Positions 30,977 through 41,796 are shown, counted from the first letter of the stretch. The stretch: DNA of 64,000 nucleotides from an uncultured Nitrospiraceae bacterium (GCA_963811165.1 CAWEQH010000010.1:800001-864000); one strand, 5' to 3'. Notes: generated by a model not told the origin, from the sequence alone. Made by a program: numbers and translations.

Positions 30977-33663
30977 ATGTTAATCCAGGAAGACTATTTC
31001 AAGAACATTTTTAACACAGTTCGTGAAGCTATTCTCATACTGGATGAAAACATGAGAGTTCTGTCGGCCAATCGCAGTTTCTTCACTATTTTCAAAGTAG
31101 ATTCCGCAAATACTATCGGCTCTCTTTTATACGATCTTGGAAACGGACAATGGAACATCCCGGAACTTCGCGTGCTGCTTGAGGATATTCTTCCGAAGAA
31201 CGACACCGTTGATGACTACGAAATTGAACATAAATTTGAGAGCATCGGACAGAAAACCATGCTCCTTAACGCCTGCAAAATCAGAGAAAAGAAAAACGAC
31301 CTGCCGATAATCCTTCTCGCCATCGAGGACATTACCGAGCGCAAGGAGATAGAAAAGGGGCTGGAAAAAGCCCGTAAAGAACTGGAAGTAACTAAAATAT
31401 CCGAAGATGAAGCCCGCGAATACGCCGAGAGCATCATCAACACCGTGCGTGAACCCTTAATCGCTCTGGATCAAGATTTAAGGGTGGTCACCGCCAGCCG
31501 CTCCTTCTATGAAGTCTTCAAGGTAAAACCTGAAGAGACCGTGGGACAGCTTATCTATGACCTGGGCAATAAACAGTGGGATATCCCCAAGCTGCGGGAA
31601 CTGCTGGAAACCATCCTTCCCCAAAAGACAACCTTTGATAACTATGAGGTTGAACACGATTTTGCCACCATTGGCAGGCGCATAATGCTTCTGAATGCCC
31701 GGCAGATTAAAAGAGCGCTGGGAAAAGAGCGGATCATCCTCCTTGCCATCGAGGACATTACCGAGCGCAAGCGACTGGAAGACTTGTTAACAGAGTCTGA
31801 AGAGCGCTACAGGCGTATTTTTGAGACCGCAAGCGACGGGATAGTGCTTCTCGAAAAACGCGAAGGGAATATAACCCATGCTAATCCGGCCGCCGAGAAA
31901 ATGTTGGGTTATTCCGAAGAGGAGTGCATCGGGAAAAAGCTTCAGGATATCGGTGTATCGCTCGATATGAGTGATTTCCCAACGATAATGCAGGCTTTGA
32001 ACAAGAGCGGCATTATTAATTACGATGATGTTCCGGTAAAAACCAAGTCCGGGCAATATATCTACACGGATATATATATGGTCGACAGGGCAAGGCTGGC
32101 ACAATGTAATATTCGCGATGTCACTGAACGGAAGCGGGCTGATGAAACACTTAAAGAAGAGAAAACGTTTATTGTAAAATGCACTAAATACACTGAAAGA
32201 CGTATTCTTTGTTTTTGATTTAGAGGGAAGATTCCTCAGATGGAATAAGACAATGAATGTTGTCACAGGTTACATCGACGAGGAAATTGTCTTGATGAAG
32301 CCTGCTGATTTCTTCCGAAAGGATGACATAGAGCGAGTATCCGAGGCCATTCGGAAGGCGGTTAAAGAAGGCAGTGCCAGTGTTGATGCAACAGTAGTTA
32401 CCAAAGACGGGAGGCAAATCCCGTATGAATTCAGAGTTGTACTGCTGAGGGACTATACAGGAAACTTAATGGGTATCAGCGGCGTAGGGAGAGACCTCAC
32501 GGAGCGCAATAAACTCGAAGAACAGCTCCTTCACGCCCAGAAGATGGAAGCTGTCGGACTTCTTGCCGGCGGGATTGCGCATGACTTCAACAATATCCTG
32601 TCTGCAATCATGGGCTATGGATATCTCCTGCAAACGCATATGAGAAGCGACGATCCTCTGAGGGAAAACGTGGACCAGATACTCGTATCGGCAGACAGGG
32701 CTGCTGAGGTTACACACAGCCTTCTTGCCTTCAGCAGAAAACAGATATTGAATCCTAAACCTATTAATATAAATGCCATGATGAAGAGGTTCGAAAAGTT
32801 ACTTTCCAGACTAATCGGTGAAGATATCGAGCTAAGCACTGATTTTACAGACAAAGATGTAATCAGTATGGCTGACGCCGGTCAGATAGAACAGGTGCTT
32901 CTGAACCTTGCGACGAACGCAAGGGACGCTATGCCTCATGGAGGACATCTAACCTTAGAAACACAACTCGTGGAACTGGATGATACCTTCATTCGAGTTC
33001 ATGGTTACGGTGAGCCTGGAATGTTTGCAGTCATTTCCGTGTCTGACACAGGCAGCGGAATGGAAAAAGAGACTATGGCCAAGATATTCGAGCCTTTTTT
33101 TACTACCAAGGAGGTCGGAAAGGGCACAGGGCTGGGTCTTGCGATGGCATACGGCATAATCAAGCAGCATAACGGCTATATCAATGTTTACAGTGAGCCT
33201 GAAAGGGGGACGACCTTCAGGATATATCTCCCGGCAATCGAATCAACGGAAGAAGTCATTGTGAAAACTGCAATTGAACCTCTTCCCTCGCCTGGGACCG
33301 AGACGATACTTGTGGCCGAGGATGACAGATGCATTAAGAGAACTTTTTTCAATTGTACTTCAGACGTATGGGTATAAAGTAATTCTCGCTGAAGATGGAG
33401 AGGAAGCAATAAAAAAGTTTATGGACAACAAAGATAAAATTCAACTTGTTATGCTTGATATGATAATGCCTAAAAAAAGCGGTAAAGAAGTGTACGATAG
33501 AATAAAAACAATGAGACCCGATATAAAAACTCTCTTTTCCAGCGGGTACACTGCGGACAGGATTGATAAGGAGAGTATGCTTAAAGAAGGATTTGATTTT
33601 ATCATGAAACCGGTATCGCCTAAGGATCTTTTAAGAAAGATAAGAGAAATACTGGACAAATAA
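30977..33663 (+). pseudogene. Multi-PAS hybrid histidine kinase/receiver with two +1 frameshifts
   Basis: Four PAS-like segments, H-box GGIAHDFNNIL, FFTTKEVGKGTGLGL, REC domain (VAEDD..DMIMP..KP). Extra base at about 32175 and about 33327. Confidence 0.85.
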
Positions 33664-34232
33664 TATGGGATATGCGTTCTTTGATGAACAAACAACGAAA
33701 TGCAAATCGAATATCGGGATGGCTCTCTAGTTTCCTGCTGAAAGTGTGGCCCGGTTACCGGATGAAAGTCTGATGTGTGGGCCTTCATTTTCAGATGAAC
33801 TGCCCATAGATTGGCGTGCAGTCACTCGTGCGATGTATAGGGAGTACATAATGCGCATTACAAAGTCTCTAACCTGTTTTGTACGGGACGTATTTAACAC
33901 CGAGCGGACTAAATTTTCGATTGTACTTCACACAATTATTACAAGGGCGCCCACTGTGATGTACAGCACATCTCATTTTGCATCTGGCCCTTTGAAGTGC
34001 AGATAATTAGCGGCAATCGAAAGTGCATCAAAGGTCAAAACGCGATGCCCAATTATAAAAAGGCCCTGACAATACCTGTAAATAATAATGCTGTCTACTA
34101 CACCTACCGCATCCATCTCTCCCTCTGGCCCCTATGAGCCCGGCGTTGGGCTTATCGCTCTGATAGCCGTTTGGTGACATTTAGCGAGATTTTTGTTAAA
34201 GTTCTATTAATTTTCTCGGACGGAGGCACGAC

Positions 34233-35036
34233 ATGATAAAAATAGGAATAGCCGGCGCGGCCGGCAAGATGGGAAGCAGGATAGTGACCCTATCGAAGGA
34301 GTACGAAGGGCTTCAGCTGGCAGCTGCCTTCGAGAGGGCCGGGCATAAAGATGCCGGCAAGGACATAGGAACAATTATCGGTATCGGGGAGACAGGCGTC
34401 AGACTGTCCGACGGTATCGAAAAGATAATCGATGCCGTGGACCTGATAATCGACTTTACCTCGGTAGAGTCGACAAAGCAGAATCTGAGGACCGCCGCGG
34501 CCGGAGGGAAGGCGATGGTTATCGGCACGACCGGATTTAGCGCAGATGATATAAAAGAGATCGGGCCTCTTACAAAGCAAATTCCTTGTGTGATGGCTTC
34601 GAACATGAGCCTGGGTGTCAACGTCCTTTTGAGGGTGCTTCAGGATGTGGCAAAGGCTCTCGGCGATGACTATGACATCGAGATCGTCGAAGCCCACCAC
34701 AGGCTGAAAAAGGACGCACCGAGCGGCACGGCGTTGAAGATGGCACAGGTCATCGCTGAAGCGGTAGACCGCAACCTGGATGAAGTCGCCGTCTATGCCC
34801 GGAAAGGGATCATCGGGCAGAGGACGAAAAAGGAGATCGGCATCCAGACCCTGCGCGCCGGCGATATCGTAGGCGAGCATACGGTGCTTTTCGGCGGCCT
34901 CGGCGAGAGGATCGAGATCACCCACAAGGCCTCAAGCCGGGACACCTTCGCACGCGGCGCGCTCAGAGCTGCTCTCTGGCTTGCCGCAAAACCGGCTGGA
35001 TTATACGATATGCAGGACGTCCTCGGCCTTAAATAG
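34233..35036 (+). CDS. dapB: 4-hydroxy-tetrahydrodipicolinate reductase
   Basis: GAAGKMG, VIGTTG, EAHHRLKKDAPSGTA, RAGDIVGEH. Confidence 0.98.
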   Translation: MIKIGIAGAAGKMGSRIVTLSKEYEGLQLAAAFERAGHKDAGKDIGTIIGIGETGVRLSDGIEKIIDAVDLIIDFTSVESTKQNLRTAAAGGKAMVIGTTGFSADDIKEIGPLTKQIPCVMASNMSLGVNVLLRVLQDVAKALGDDYDIEIVEAHHRLKKDAPSGTALKMAQVIAEAVDRNLDEVAVYARKGIIGQRTKKEIGIQTLRAGDIVGEHTVLFGGLGERIEITHKASSRDTFARGALRAALWLAAKPAGLYDMQDVLGLK

Positions 35037-35042
35037 TAATAC

Positions 35043-35070
35043 CGAGGTAGTGGGTCCGCCCACTGCCTCG
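35043..35070. terminator. Hairpin between convergent dapB and rubredoxin
   Basis: CGAGGTAGTGGG-TCCG-CCCACTGCCTCG. Confidence 0.6.
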
Positions 35071-35074
35071 TACT

Positions 35075-35236
35075 TTATGCTTCTTTTTCGAACTGGTCTT
35101 TGGATGCGCCGCAGATAGGACATACCCAATCATCCGGAATTTTTTCGAAGGGGGTACCAGGAGCAATTCCGCCATCGGGGTCACCCGTTTCAGGATCGTA
35201 AATATAGCCGCAAACCAGACATTTCCATCTTTCCAT
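35075..35236 (-). CDS. Rubredoxin (53 aa, missed by ORF track)
   Basis: Hand translation [53 protein letters not shown]. Confidence 0.97.
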   Translation of the reverse strand: MERWKCLVCGYIYDPETGDPDGGIAPGTPFEKIPDDWVCPICGASKDQFEKEA

Positions 35237-35420
35237 GTGAGACTCCTTGAAACTGGATTTTTAAGTATTTATTTATTTAATTGTATACGGTAACCGTCTC
35301 TTATACAAGCGGCAAACAAGTCCCAACATCCCCAGACGCATTAATATATATTTTACTTTTTTAAGTATGGTTTATAATTGATTTTTCCTCCCTATTCTGG
35401 TATAGTTGGTGCACTTTACT

Positions 35421-35951
35421 ATGGAACTTAGCGAGAAGAAATCTCTGTTAGAAGTACTGTTGTTCGTTTCGGGAGAACCCCTTACGCTAGGCGAACTGAA
35501 AAACGGCACCGATCTCCCTGAAGCCGAACTTAAACAACTCCTTGACGAGATGATGACCGAATATATTCATAGAGATGGCGGACTGCTCATTGTCGAGATC
35601 GCCAACGGGTATCAGATGGTCACAAACCCGCACTATGCTCCATGGATAAAAAAATTTAAAACCACCGCCTCCGCAGGCAAACTCTCGATGCCGGCGCTCG
35701 AAACCCTCGCCATTATCGCTTACAAGCAACCAATCATCAAGGCGGAACTCGAGCAGATAAGGGGAGTCAACTCCGATGGGGTGATAAAAACGCTTCTCGA
35801 CAGAAGACTGATCAAGATCATGGGACGAAAAGAAGTCCCAGGCAAACCTCTCCTTTACGGCACGACTCGCGAGTTCCTTCAGTATTTCGGTTTGAAGGAC
35901 TTGACGGAGCTTCCGACAATTTCGGAATTAACACGCGAGGAGGCGGCATGA
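35421..35951 (+). CDS. scpB: SMC-Scp complex subunit ScpB
   Basis: EVLLFVSGEP, LETLAIIAYKQPI, IRGVNS, PLLYGTTREFL. Confidence 0.96.
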   Translation: MELSEKKSLLEVLLFVSGEPLTLGELKNGTDLPEAELKQLLDEMMTEYIHRDGGLLIVEIANGYQMVTNPHYAPWIKKFKTTASAGKLSMPALETLAIIAYKQPIIKAELEQIRGVNSDGVIKTLLDRRLIKIMGRKEVPGKPLLYGTTREFLQYFGLKDLTELPTISELTREEAA

Positions 35952-37084
35952 GGAATTATGTCTTGAGGTCTTTGTCTTTGGTATCGCTCCTTGTCTTTTT
36001 ATTTATAGCATCCAAGGTCCAGGCATCTATCGAATATACCGTGAAAAAGGGTGACAGCCTTGCCGGCATAGCCAAGAAATACAAGGTGAGCGTCAAAGAC
36101 CTGCAAAGGGAGAACAAGGTCTCCGCCAGGCACATGAAGCCGGGTACGACTGTCATCATCACCGGCAAAAAAGCCTCTGCAAAAAAGAGAGGAAAGAACA
36201 CCGCACGATCCGTCCATGCCGGCAAAGAAGCCCGCGAGAGTCAGCAGGGAGAGGCTGAGGCATCGGCAGTAAAGGCCCCTGATACCCTTTATCACACGGT
36301 GAGAAAAGGCGAAACCATTGCCTCCATCTCGAAAAAATATTCGATATCCACTGACGAACTCAAAAAGCTTAATAACCTGAAGTCCCCTAAACTGAGAAAG
36401 GGGAGGAAGCTCCTTGTAAGGCATATAGGCCCGAAGACTTACATTGTAGAGAAAGGCGATACTTTCCGGAAGATCGCCAAGAAATTCGATATGGATGTTG
36501 ATGATCTGATGAAGCTGAACGAGATTGAAGCACCTTCCCTGACAGTCGGCCAGAAGCTCTACCTTGAAGAAAAGGTTGATCCCGCAACCGCCGACACTTA
36601 CAGCGAGGTGATAGGGAGGCGTGTCAATATCGACGAGGAGCTTAAGAAGGTCTCTGAGTCGGAGGAATTCACGGAAAAAACTATGCCCGACAAGCTTGTC
36701 ACATTCGCGAAAAAGCTGGTCAATATACCCTATAAATTCGGCGGCAACAGCATCCTTGGTATTGACTGCTCCGCCTATGTAAAGAAGGTCTACGGTCTCC
36801 TTGGCATCGAACTCCCCAGGACCGCCAGAGAACAGTTCCAGACCGGCGAGGCCGTGGACAAGGACGAATTGTCCATCGGCGACCTTGTTTTCTTCAGGAC
36901 TTATGCGTCATTCCCTTCCCACGTGGGCATCTACCTGGGGAATAACCTTTTCATCCATGCTTCTTCCAGAGGGAAAAAAGTCACTATCGACAGCCTGGAG
37001 ACCCCTTATTACCTCAAGAGGTTTATCGGGGGCAAGAGACTCCTGACAGAAGAAGAGGGGAAAGAGAAAGACCTCAATACCTGA
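35948..37084 (+). CDS. LysM x3 + NlpC/P60 peptidoglycan endopeptidase
   Basis: Three LysM repeats (YTVKKGDSL, HTVRKGETI, YIVEKGDTF); GIDCSA; HVGIYLG...FIHAS. Confidence 0.93.
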   Translation: MRNYVLRSLSLVSLLVFLFIASKVQASIEYTVKKGDSLAGIAKKYKVSVKDLQRENKVSARHMKPGTTVIITGKKASAKKRGKNTARSVHAGKEARESQQGEAEASAVKAPDTLYHTVRKGETIASISKKYSISTDELKKLNNLKSPKLRKGRKLLVRHIGPKTYIVEKGDTFRKIAKKFDMDVDDLMKLNEIEAPSLTVGQKLYLEEKVDPATADTYSEVIGRRVNIDEELKKVSESEEFTEKTMPDKLVTFAKKLVNIPYKFGGNSILGIDCSAYVKKVYGLLGIELPRTAREQFQTGEAVDKDELSIGDLVFFRTYASFPSHVGIYLGNNLFIHASSRGKKVTIDSLETPYYLKRFIGGKRLLTEEEGKEKDLNT

Positions 37085-37185
37085 TTTTTCGGTTATCTTC
37101 CGTTGCTTCTTTAGTGAAGCCTTTGTCCTTCCCGTATCGAGTCGTATTGAAAAGCCGGGCGACGATATTTTATTCTTAAGTGGAA

Positions 37186-37560
37186 ATGCAGAACTATCTG
37201 ATTATTGGTTTGGGCGGATTTTTAGGCGCGGTCACCCGATACGCCGTCTCGCTCTGGATAGGACAGAGATGGGGCAGGAGTTTTCCCTTAGGCACTTTCT
37301 TCATCAACGTAAGCGGGAGCTTCCTCATCGCACTGGTAATGTCTCTGTCGATTGAACGGCTGATGATCAGCCCCCAGTGGAGATTGTTTCTGGCAGTGGG
37401 TTTTTTGGGGGCCTATACAACTTTTTCGACCTTTGAGTTTGAAACGGGGAACCTCCTCAGAGACGGGGAATGGATGATCGCCGGGATAAACGTAGTGTTC
37501 AGCGTAGCAGCAGGGTTCATCGCACTGAAGGCGGGTGAAGTTATCTCAAAGATGATATAG
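37186..37560 (+). CDS. crcB: Fluoride channel CrcB/FluC
   Basis: GGFLGAVTRY, FPLGTFFIN, GFLGAYTTFSTF. Confidence 0.95.
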   Translation: MQNYLIIGLGGFLGAVTRYAVSLWIGQRWGRSFPLGTFFINVSGSFLIALVMSLSIERLMISPQWRLFLAVGFLGAYTTFSTFEFETGNLLRDGEWMIAGINVVFSVAAGFIALKAGEVISKMI

Positions 37561-37566
37561 GAGTCT

Positions 37567-37911
37567 GTGATGGTGACAAAGGGACCGGCAAAAAAACTTA
37601 CCGTGTACGTGGACGAGACTGACAAGATCGGCGGCAGGCCCTTGTATGAAGTGTTGATGGACATCTTTTACAGAAAGAAGATGGCCGGCGTGAGCGTCTT
37701 CAGGGGGGTCGCCGGCTACGGCAGCGACGGCGTTTTCCATACGTCGAAGATGCTCGAACTATCTACAAGCCTCCCGGTAAAGATCGAGGCCGTTGATTCG
37801 GTGGAAATGATCACGAGCATCCTGCCCGATGTCGCCGATATCGTCGGGAAAGGACTTATAGAAATCAGCGACACCTATGTCGTCAAATGCTGTCAACCAA
37901 AAAAATCCTGA
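37567..37911 (+). CDS. DUF190 (PII-like) protein
   Basis: GVSVFRGVAGYG, LSTSLPVKIEAVD; commonly follows crcB. Confidence 0.9.
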   Translation: MMVTKGPAKKLTVYVDETDKIGGRPLYEVLMDIFYRKKMAGVSVFRGVAGYGSDGVFHTSKMLELSTSLPVKIEAVDSVEMITSILPDVADIVGKGLIEISDTYVVKCCQPKKS

Positions 37912-38109
37912 TCATCCCCCTACCTATGTCACTTCGTGGATGTGGGCGATCGAAAAAAACATTAGGGCCGCCTTTTTCTTGTCAAATCCCTTTTTTAAGT
38001 GTTATCCTTTTCTCATGCGGAAAATCTATTCAGTATCAATTCGACCGGCTCTGACATACCCTTCCAAAGAGAGAGCAGATACTATTTTGACGGCCATAAA
38101 GGATATACC

Positions 38110-39285
38110 ATGTTACATCTGAAACGACAACTGCCTTACAGGCCCACGGAAAGAATGAACGTTGTCAGCTACCCGATAAGGGACATCGTAATGGAGGCGA
38201 AGCGCGAAGAGGCGAAGGGCAAGAAGATGATTTACCTCAACATCGGGGACCCGCCGCAGTACGGCTTCGAACCGTTTAAAGTGATCGCCGAAGCGGTGAA
38301 AAATGCGCTCGACGAAAACTGGAAAGGCTACGCCCCGTCTGAAGGCGACGAACGGTTCAGGAAAACGGTCGCAAAGATAGAGAAGTGCAGCCCCGAAGAC
38401 GTCTTTGCCGTCGCCGGTCTCACCGAGGGCATAGACTTTTTTTTCCATTCGTTCATCGGGTTCGGGGAGAAGGTGCTGCTTCCGAACCCGGTCTATCCGC
38501 TTTACCTGAGCAAAGCGAAACAGTTCGAGGGCGACAGCGTCTTTTACCGGCACGATGCCGAAGGCCAGATAGACATAGGAAATCTGGCGAAGAAGATCGA
38601 GGGCGCAAAGGCGATGGTGATCATCAACCCCAATAACCCTTTGGGCTCCGTGTATTCCGAGAAAAACCTCGCAGAGGTGGTTAAGCTCTGTGCCGAATAC
38701 GACGTTCCGATATTTTACGACGGGTCCTACGACCGGCTGATCCTGGAAGGCAAACCGGTGGACTTCAGGAAGGTAGCGAGGGACAAGGTGCCGTTCATAT
38801 ACGGGAGCTCACTTTCCAAGGACTTCAGCTACACCGGCGCGAGGATAGGATGGGTAGCGTTCCACGGCGACAGGTGGTCAGAGGTCAAGAATGCATTCTT
38901 CCTCCTCTGCAACCAGCGCCTTTCCGTAAATTGGGAATACCAGAGGGCGGCCGCAACCGCAATGGTGCACCCTTCATACCCGGCATACATCGCGGACATG
39001 AACCGGAAGCTTATCGAGCGGCGTGATACATTCGTGAAAATGGCCGGGAAACTGCCTCTTTCGTTCCCGGTCCCCAAGGGCGCGTTCTATGCGTTTATAA
39101 AAATAGAAACTCAGAAATGGAGGAAGGACCTGCAATTCGTGCGCGCTGCGCTTAAGGAGGGAGTCGTCTTCGTCCCGGGTTCAGGGTTCGGGAGGCAGGA
39201 GGACGGAGTGTATTTCAGGAGCACTTTCCTGCCCGAGCCGCACATAATCGAAGAGGCTTTCTCCAAAATCAAAAGGATATTATAA
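38110..39285 (+). CDS. PLP-dependent class I/II aminotransferase (alanine transaminase-like)
   Basis: YPIRDIV, LNIGDP, INPNNPLG, SLSK...GARIGW, PKGAFY. Confidence 0.88.
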   Translation: MLHLKRQLPYRPTERMNVVSYPIRDIVMEAKREEAKGKKMIYLNIGDPPQYGFEPFKVIAEAVKNALDENWKGYAPSEGDERFRKTVAKIEKCSPEDVFAVAGLTEGIDFFFHSFIGFGEKVLLPNPVYPLYLSKAKQFEGDSVFYRHDAEGQIDIGNLAKKIEGAKAMVIINPNNPLGSVYSEKNLAEVVKLCAEYDVPIFYDGSYDRLILEGKPVDFRKVARDKVPFIYGSSLSKDFSYTGARIGWVAFHGDRWSEVKNAFFLLCNQRLSVNWEYQRAAATAMVHPSYPAYIADMNRKLIERRDTFVKMAGKLPLSFPVPKGAFYAFIKIETQKWRKDLQFVRAALKEGVVFVPGSGFGRQEDGVYFRSTFLPEPHIIEEAFSKIKRIL

Positions 39286-39342
39286 ACCTGACCGTATTAT
39301 TCATAAACCCCTAAAGGAAGTATCTTGACAATGGAGGCATTA

Positions 39343-39939
39343 ATGAAAAGACATTTAAGACATCTTGTTTTTATTCTTTTGGCGACGATGTTATCGGCAC
39401 TCTCGGGCTGCGGGTACAACCAGATACAGACAAACGAAGAAGCGGTGAAGGCCGCCTGGGGTGACGTCGAGGCTTCATACCAAAGAAGAAACGACCTGAT
39501 CCCCAACCTCGTAGAAGTCGTCAAGGGCTATGCGAAACACGAAAAAGAAACGCTTACCCAGGTAACAGAGGCCAGGGCAAAGGTGGGCTCGATCCAGATG
39601 TCCAAAGACATGATAAACAACCCCCAGGCCCTCCAGCAGTTCCAGCAGGCACAGGGCGCACTATCGAGCGCTCTGCAGCGGCTGATGGTGGTAGTCGAGA
39701 AATATCCGGACCTCAAGGCAAACCAGAATTTTCAGGACCTGCAGCACCAACTCGAAGGGACTGAAAACCGGATCAATGTTGCCCGCGTCCGTTACAACAA
39801 GGCGGTGGAGACCTTCAACGTTTCCATCAGGACGTTCCCTAACAGCATGACAAACAGCCTGCTCCTGCACCTTCAGTTAAAAGAACCTTTTAAGGCAGAG
39901 GCCGGGGCGGAGAAGGCGCCAAAGGTACAGTTTCAATAG
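39343..39939 (+). CDS. lemA: LemA family lipoprotein
   Basis: LSGC lipobox, [34 protein letters not shown]. Confidence 0.95.
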   Translation: MKRHLRHLVFILLATMLSALSGCGYNQIQTNEEAVKAAWGDVEASYQRRNDLIPNLVEVVKGYAKHEKETLTQVTEARAKVGSIQMSKDMINNPQALQQFQQAQGALSSALQRLMVVVEKYPDLKANQNFQDLQHQLEGTENRINVARVRYNKAVETFNVSIRTFPNSMTNSLLLHLQLKEPFKAEAGAEKAPKVQFQ

Positions 39940-39953
39940 CGGTTAAGGACGAC

Positions 39954-40998
39954 GTGATTACTTCTCGCTTTATAAGGAGGTTTTTCTACAATTCTACGGC
40001 TCGCGCCGCTGCAGCACCGAAACTCGCCTCGAATGATTTCGGGACTCAGACAGTCGGTTCTGCTGACGCTTCTCTTGGCCAAGAATTGTTGACGAAAAGC
40101 CTCCAAGTCGCTCGAATCAACCACATCGCCCTTTCTTTCTCACTGGCAGCAGTCGTATTTTTAATTTTTGTCGGGCATGCTCTTGCCCTCGATGTGCCTA
40201 AGCTGCAAGGATACGTGAATGATTATGCAAACATGATCTCGCCCCAAGCAAAGGGGGAACTCGAAAACGAGCTGAAGAATTTCGAGCAGACCGACTCGAC
40301 ACAGATAGTGATCCTGACCGTTCCTTCCCTCGAGGGGGAAGTGATCGAGGACTTCGACATCAAGGTCGCAGAGGCATGGAAGATAGGGCAAAAAGGAAAG
40401 GACAACGGCGTAATCTTCGTCGTTTCGAAACAGGACAGAAAGATGAGAATCGAGGTGGGGCGCGGGCTCGAAGGCAAGTTGACAGACCTGATGGCCGGAA
40501 GGATAATAGACCTCGTGGTAAAACCGAGGTTCAAGAGAGGAGACTATGACGGAGGGTTCATAGCGGGCGTCTCGGCGCTTATTGATACAACGCGCGGAGA
40601 ATTTAAGGCGGATGGAAACCATCGCGGCCAACAAACGTGAATCGTCTTCTCGTCTCTTCACTTTTCTCATATTCATCGGCATTGCAGTCGTCGTCCTCGG
40701 GAGCGTATCCCGCCCCCTCGGAGCGATTGGAGGGGCGTTGGGCTTGCCCCTGAGTGTCTTTCTGGCTTCCGTATCCGTAGGCCTGGTCGGCTTTCTCATC
40801 CTCGCCATCGTGGGTGTCGCCGCCGGACTTCTGCTTCCCTCCCTCTTCTCGTCGGGCGGACGGGGAGGAGGCTTCGGACCCGGCGGGTTTTACGGCGGAG
40901 GGTTCGGAGGGGGCGGATTCGGCAGCGGCGGCGGCAGCGACTTCGGCGGCGGTGGTGGAGGCGACTTCGGCGGCGGCGGGGCGTCGGGAGACTGGTAA
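39954..40998 (+). pseudogene. TPM-domain (YgcG-like) membrane protein with a +1 frameshift near 40620-40635
   Basis: TPM domain (VNDYANMIS, WKIGQKGKDNGV, RIEVGRGLEG) continues in the next frame with TM segments and the GGGGASGDW tail. Confidence 0.85.
39976..40104. repeat. Nested palindromic element inside the 5' end of the TPM gene
   Basis: Outer IR GGAGGTTTTTCTACAATTCT / AGAATTGTTGACGAAAAGCCTCC; inner IR GCAGCACCGA / TCGGTTCTGC; apical hairpin. Confidence 0.65.
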
Positions 40999-41633
40999 TG
41001 GGACAGAGAGCCGAACTTTTTTTTACGAAAGAAGAAAAGGAAAGGATAAAGGACACCACCAAAGAGGTGGAGTGCCGCACCTCCGGCGAGATCGTGGTAA
41101 TGGTGGTGGACAGAAGCGACGATTATCTCGACGGTGAGGTGATCGGCGGCGTCGTGGGCGGGAGCCTGGTAGCGATGGCGATAACAGCCCTGTTTCTTAA
41201 CGCCTCGATATGGTTTTTCATACCCCTGACATTCATCTTCTTCTTCCCTTTCAGATTTATCTTCAGGAAATATCATCCTCTCAGGACCGCCTTTCTGAGC
41301 GCGCGCAGAAGGGAGCACGCGGTGCGTCACCGTGCCATAAGGGCCTTCCATGAAAAGGGGCTGACAAGGACAAAGGAACACACCGGCGTTCTCTTCTTCA
41401 TCTCACTCCTCGAACGGAAGGTCTGGGTGCTGGCCGACAGGGGGATACATGAAAAGATCGGACAGGAGACCCTGAACAAATTGGCCTCACAGGTATCAAA
41501 GGGCGTCGCCGAAGGCCGCGCCTGCGATGCGCTCTGCGAGACGATCAAAGAGGCAGGAGACCTGCTCTCCCGTCACTTCCCCTGTAGCACCGATGACACC
41601 GACGAACTGCCAAACGGAGTGATTACGCAATAG
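40998..41633 (+). CDS. TPM-domain membrane protein (third gene of the LemA operon)
   Basis: ECRTSGEIV, TGVLFFISLLER, ADRGI, DELPN. Confidence 0.88.
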   Translation: MGQRAELFFTKEEKERIKDTTKEVECRTSGEIVVMVVDRSDDYLDGEVIGGVVGGSLVAMAITALFLNASIWFFIPLTFIFFFPFRFIFRKYHPLRTAFLSARRREHAVRHRAIRAFHEKGLTRTKEHTGVLFFISLLERKVWVLADRGIHEKIGQETLNKLASQVSKGVAEGRACDALCETIKEAGDLLSRHFPCSTDDTDELPNGVITQ

Positions 41634-41796
41634 TACCGGCCTCTGAGCGGCCGCATATCAAATTTTTTCTTATCCCCCTACCCAAGTAGGATTGAATATC
41701 CGTCTCACAAATCGCAAACTATACCCATAATCGGAGCAAATGGGATAACCGGTTATCGCGGCAAACGCGATTAATGAACCAAAGTGAGGCGCTAGA

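Noticed and set aside
32160..33340. Programmed frameshifting in the hybrid kinase
   Set aside because: The shifts are +1 at non-slippery sites and two would be needed; simple insertions explain them.
37085..37185. Fluoride riboswitch upstream of crcB
   Set aside because: I could not find the conserved GAUGG..CC / UAAUGA pattern.
40860..40990. GGC-rich repeat as a DNA element
   Set aside because: It encodes the normal Gly-rich tail of TPM/YgcG proteins.
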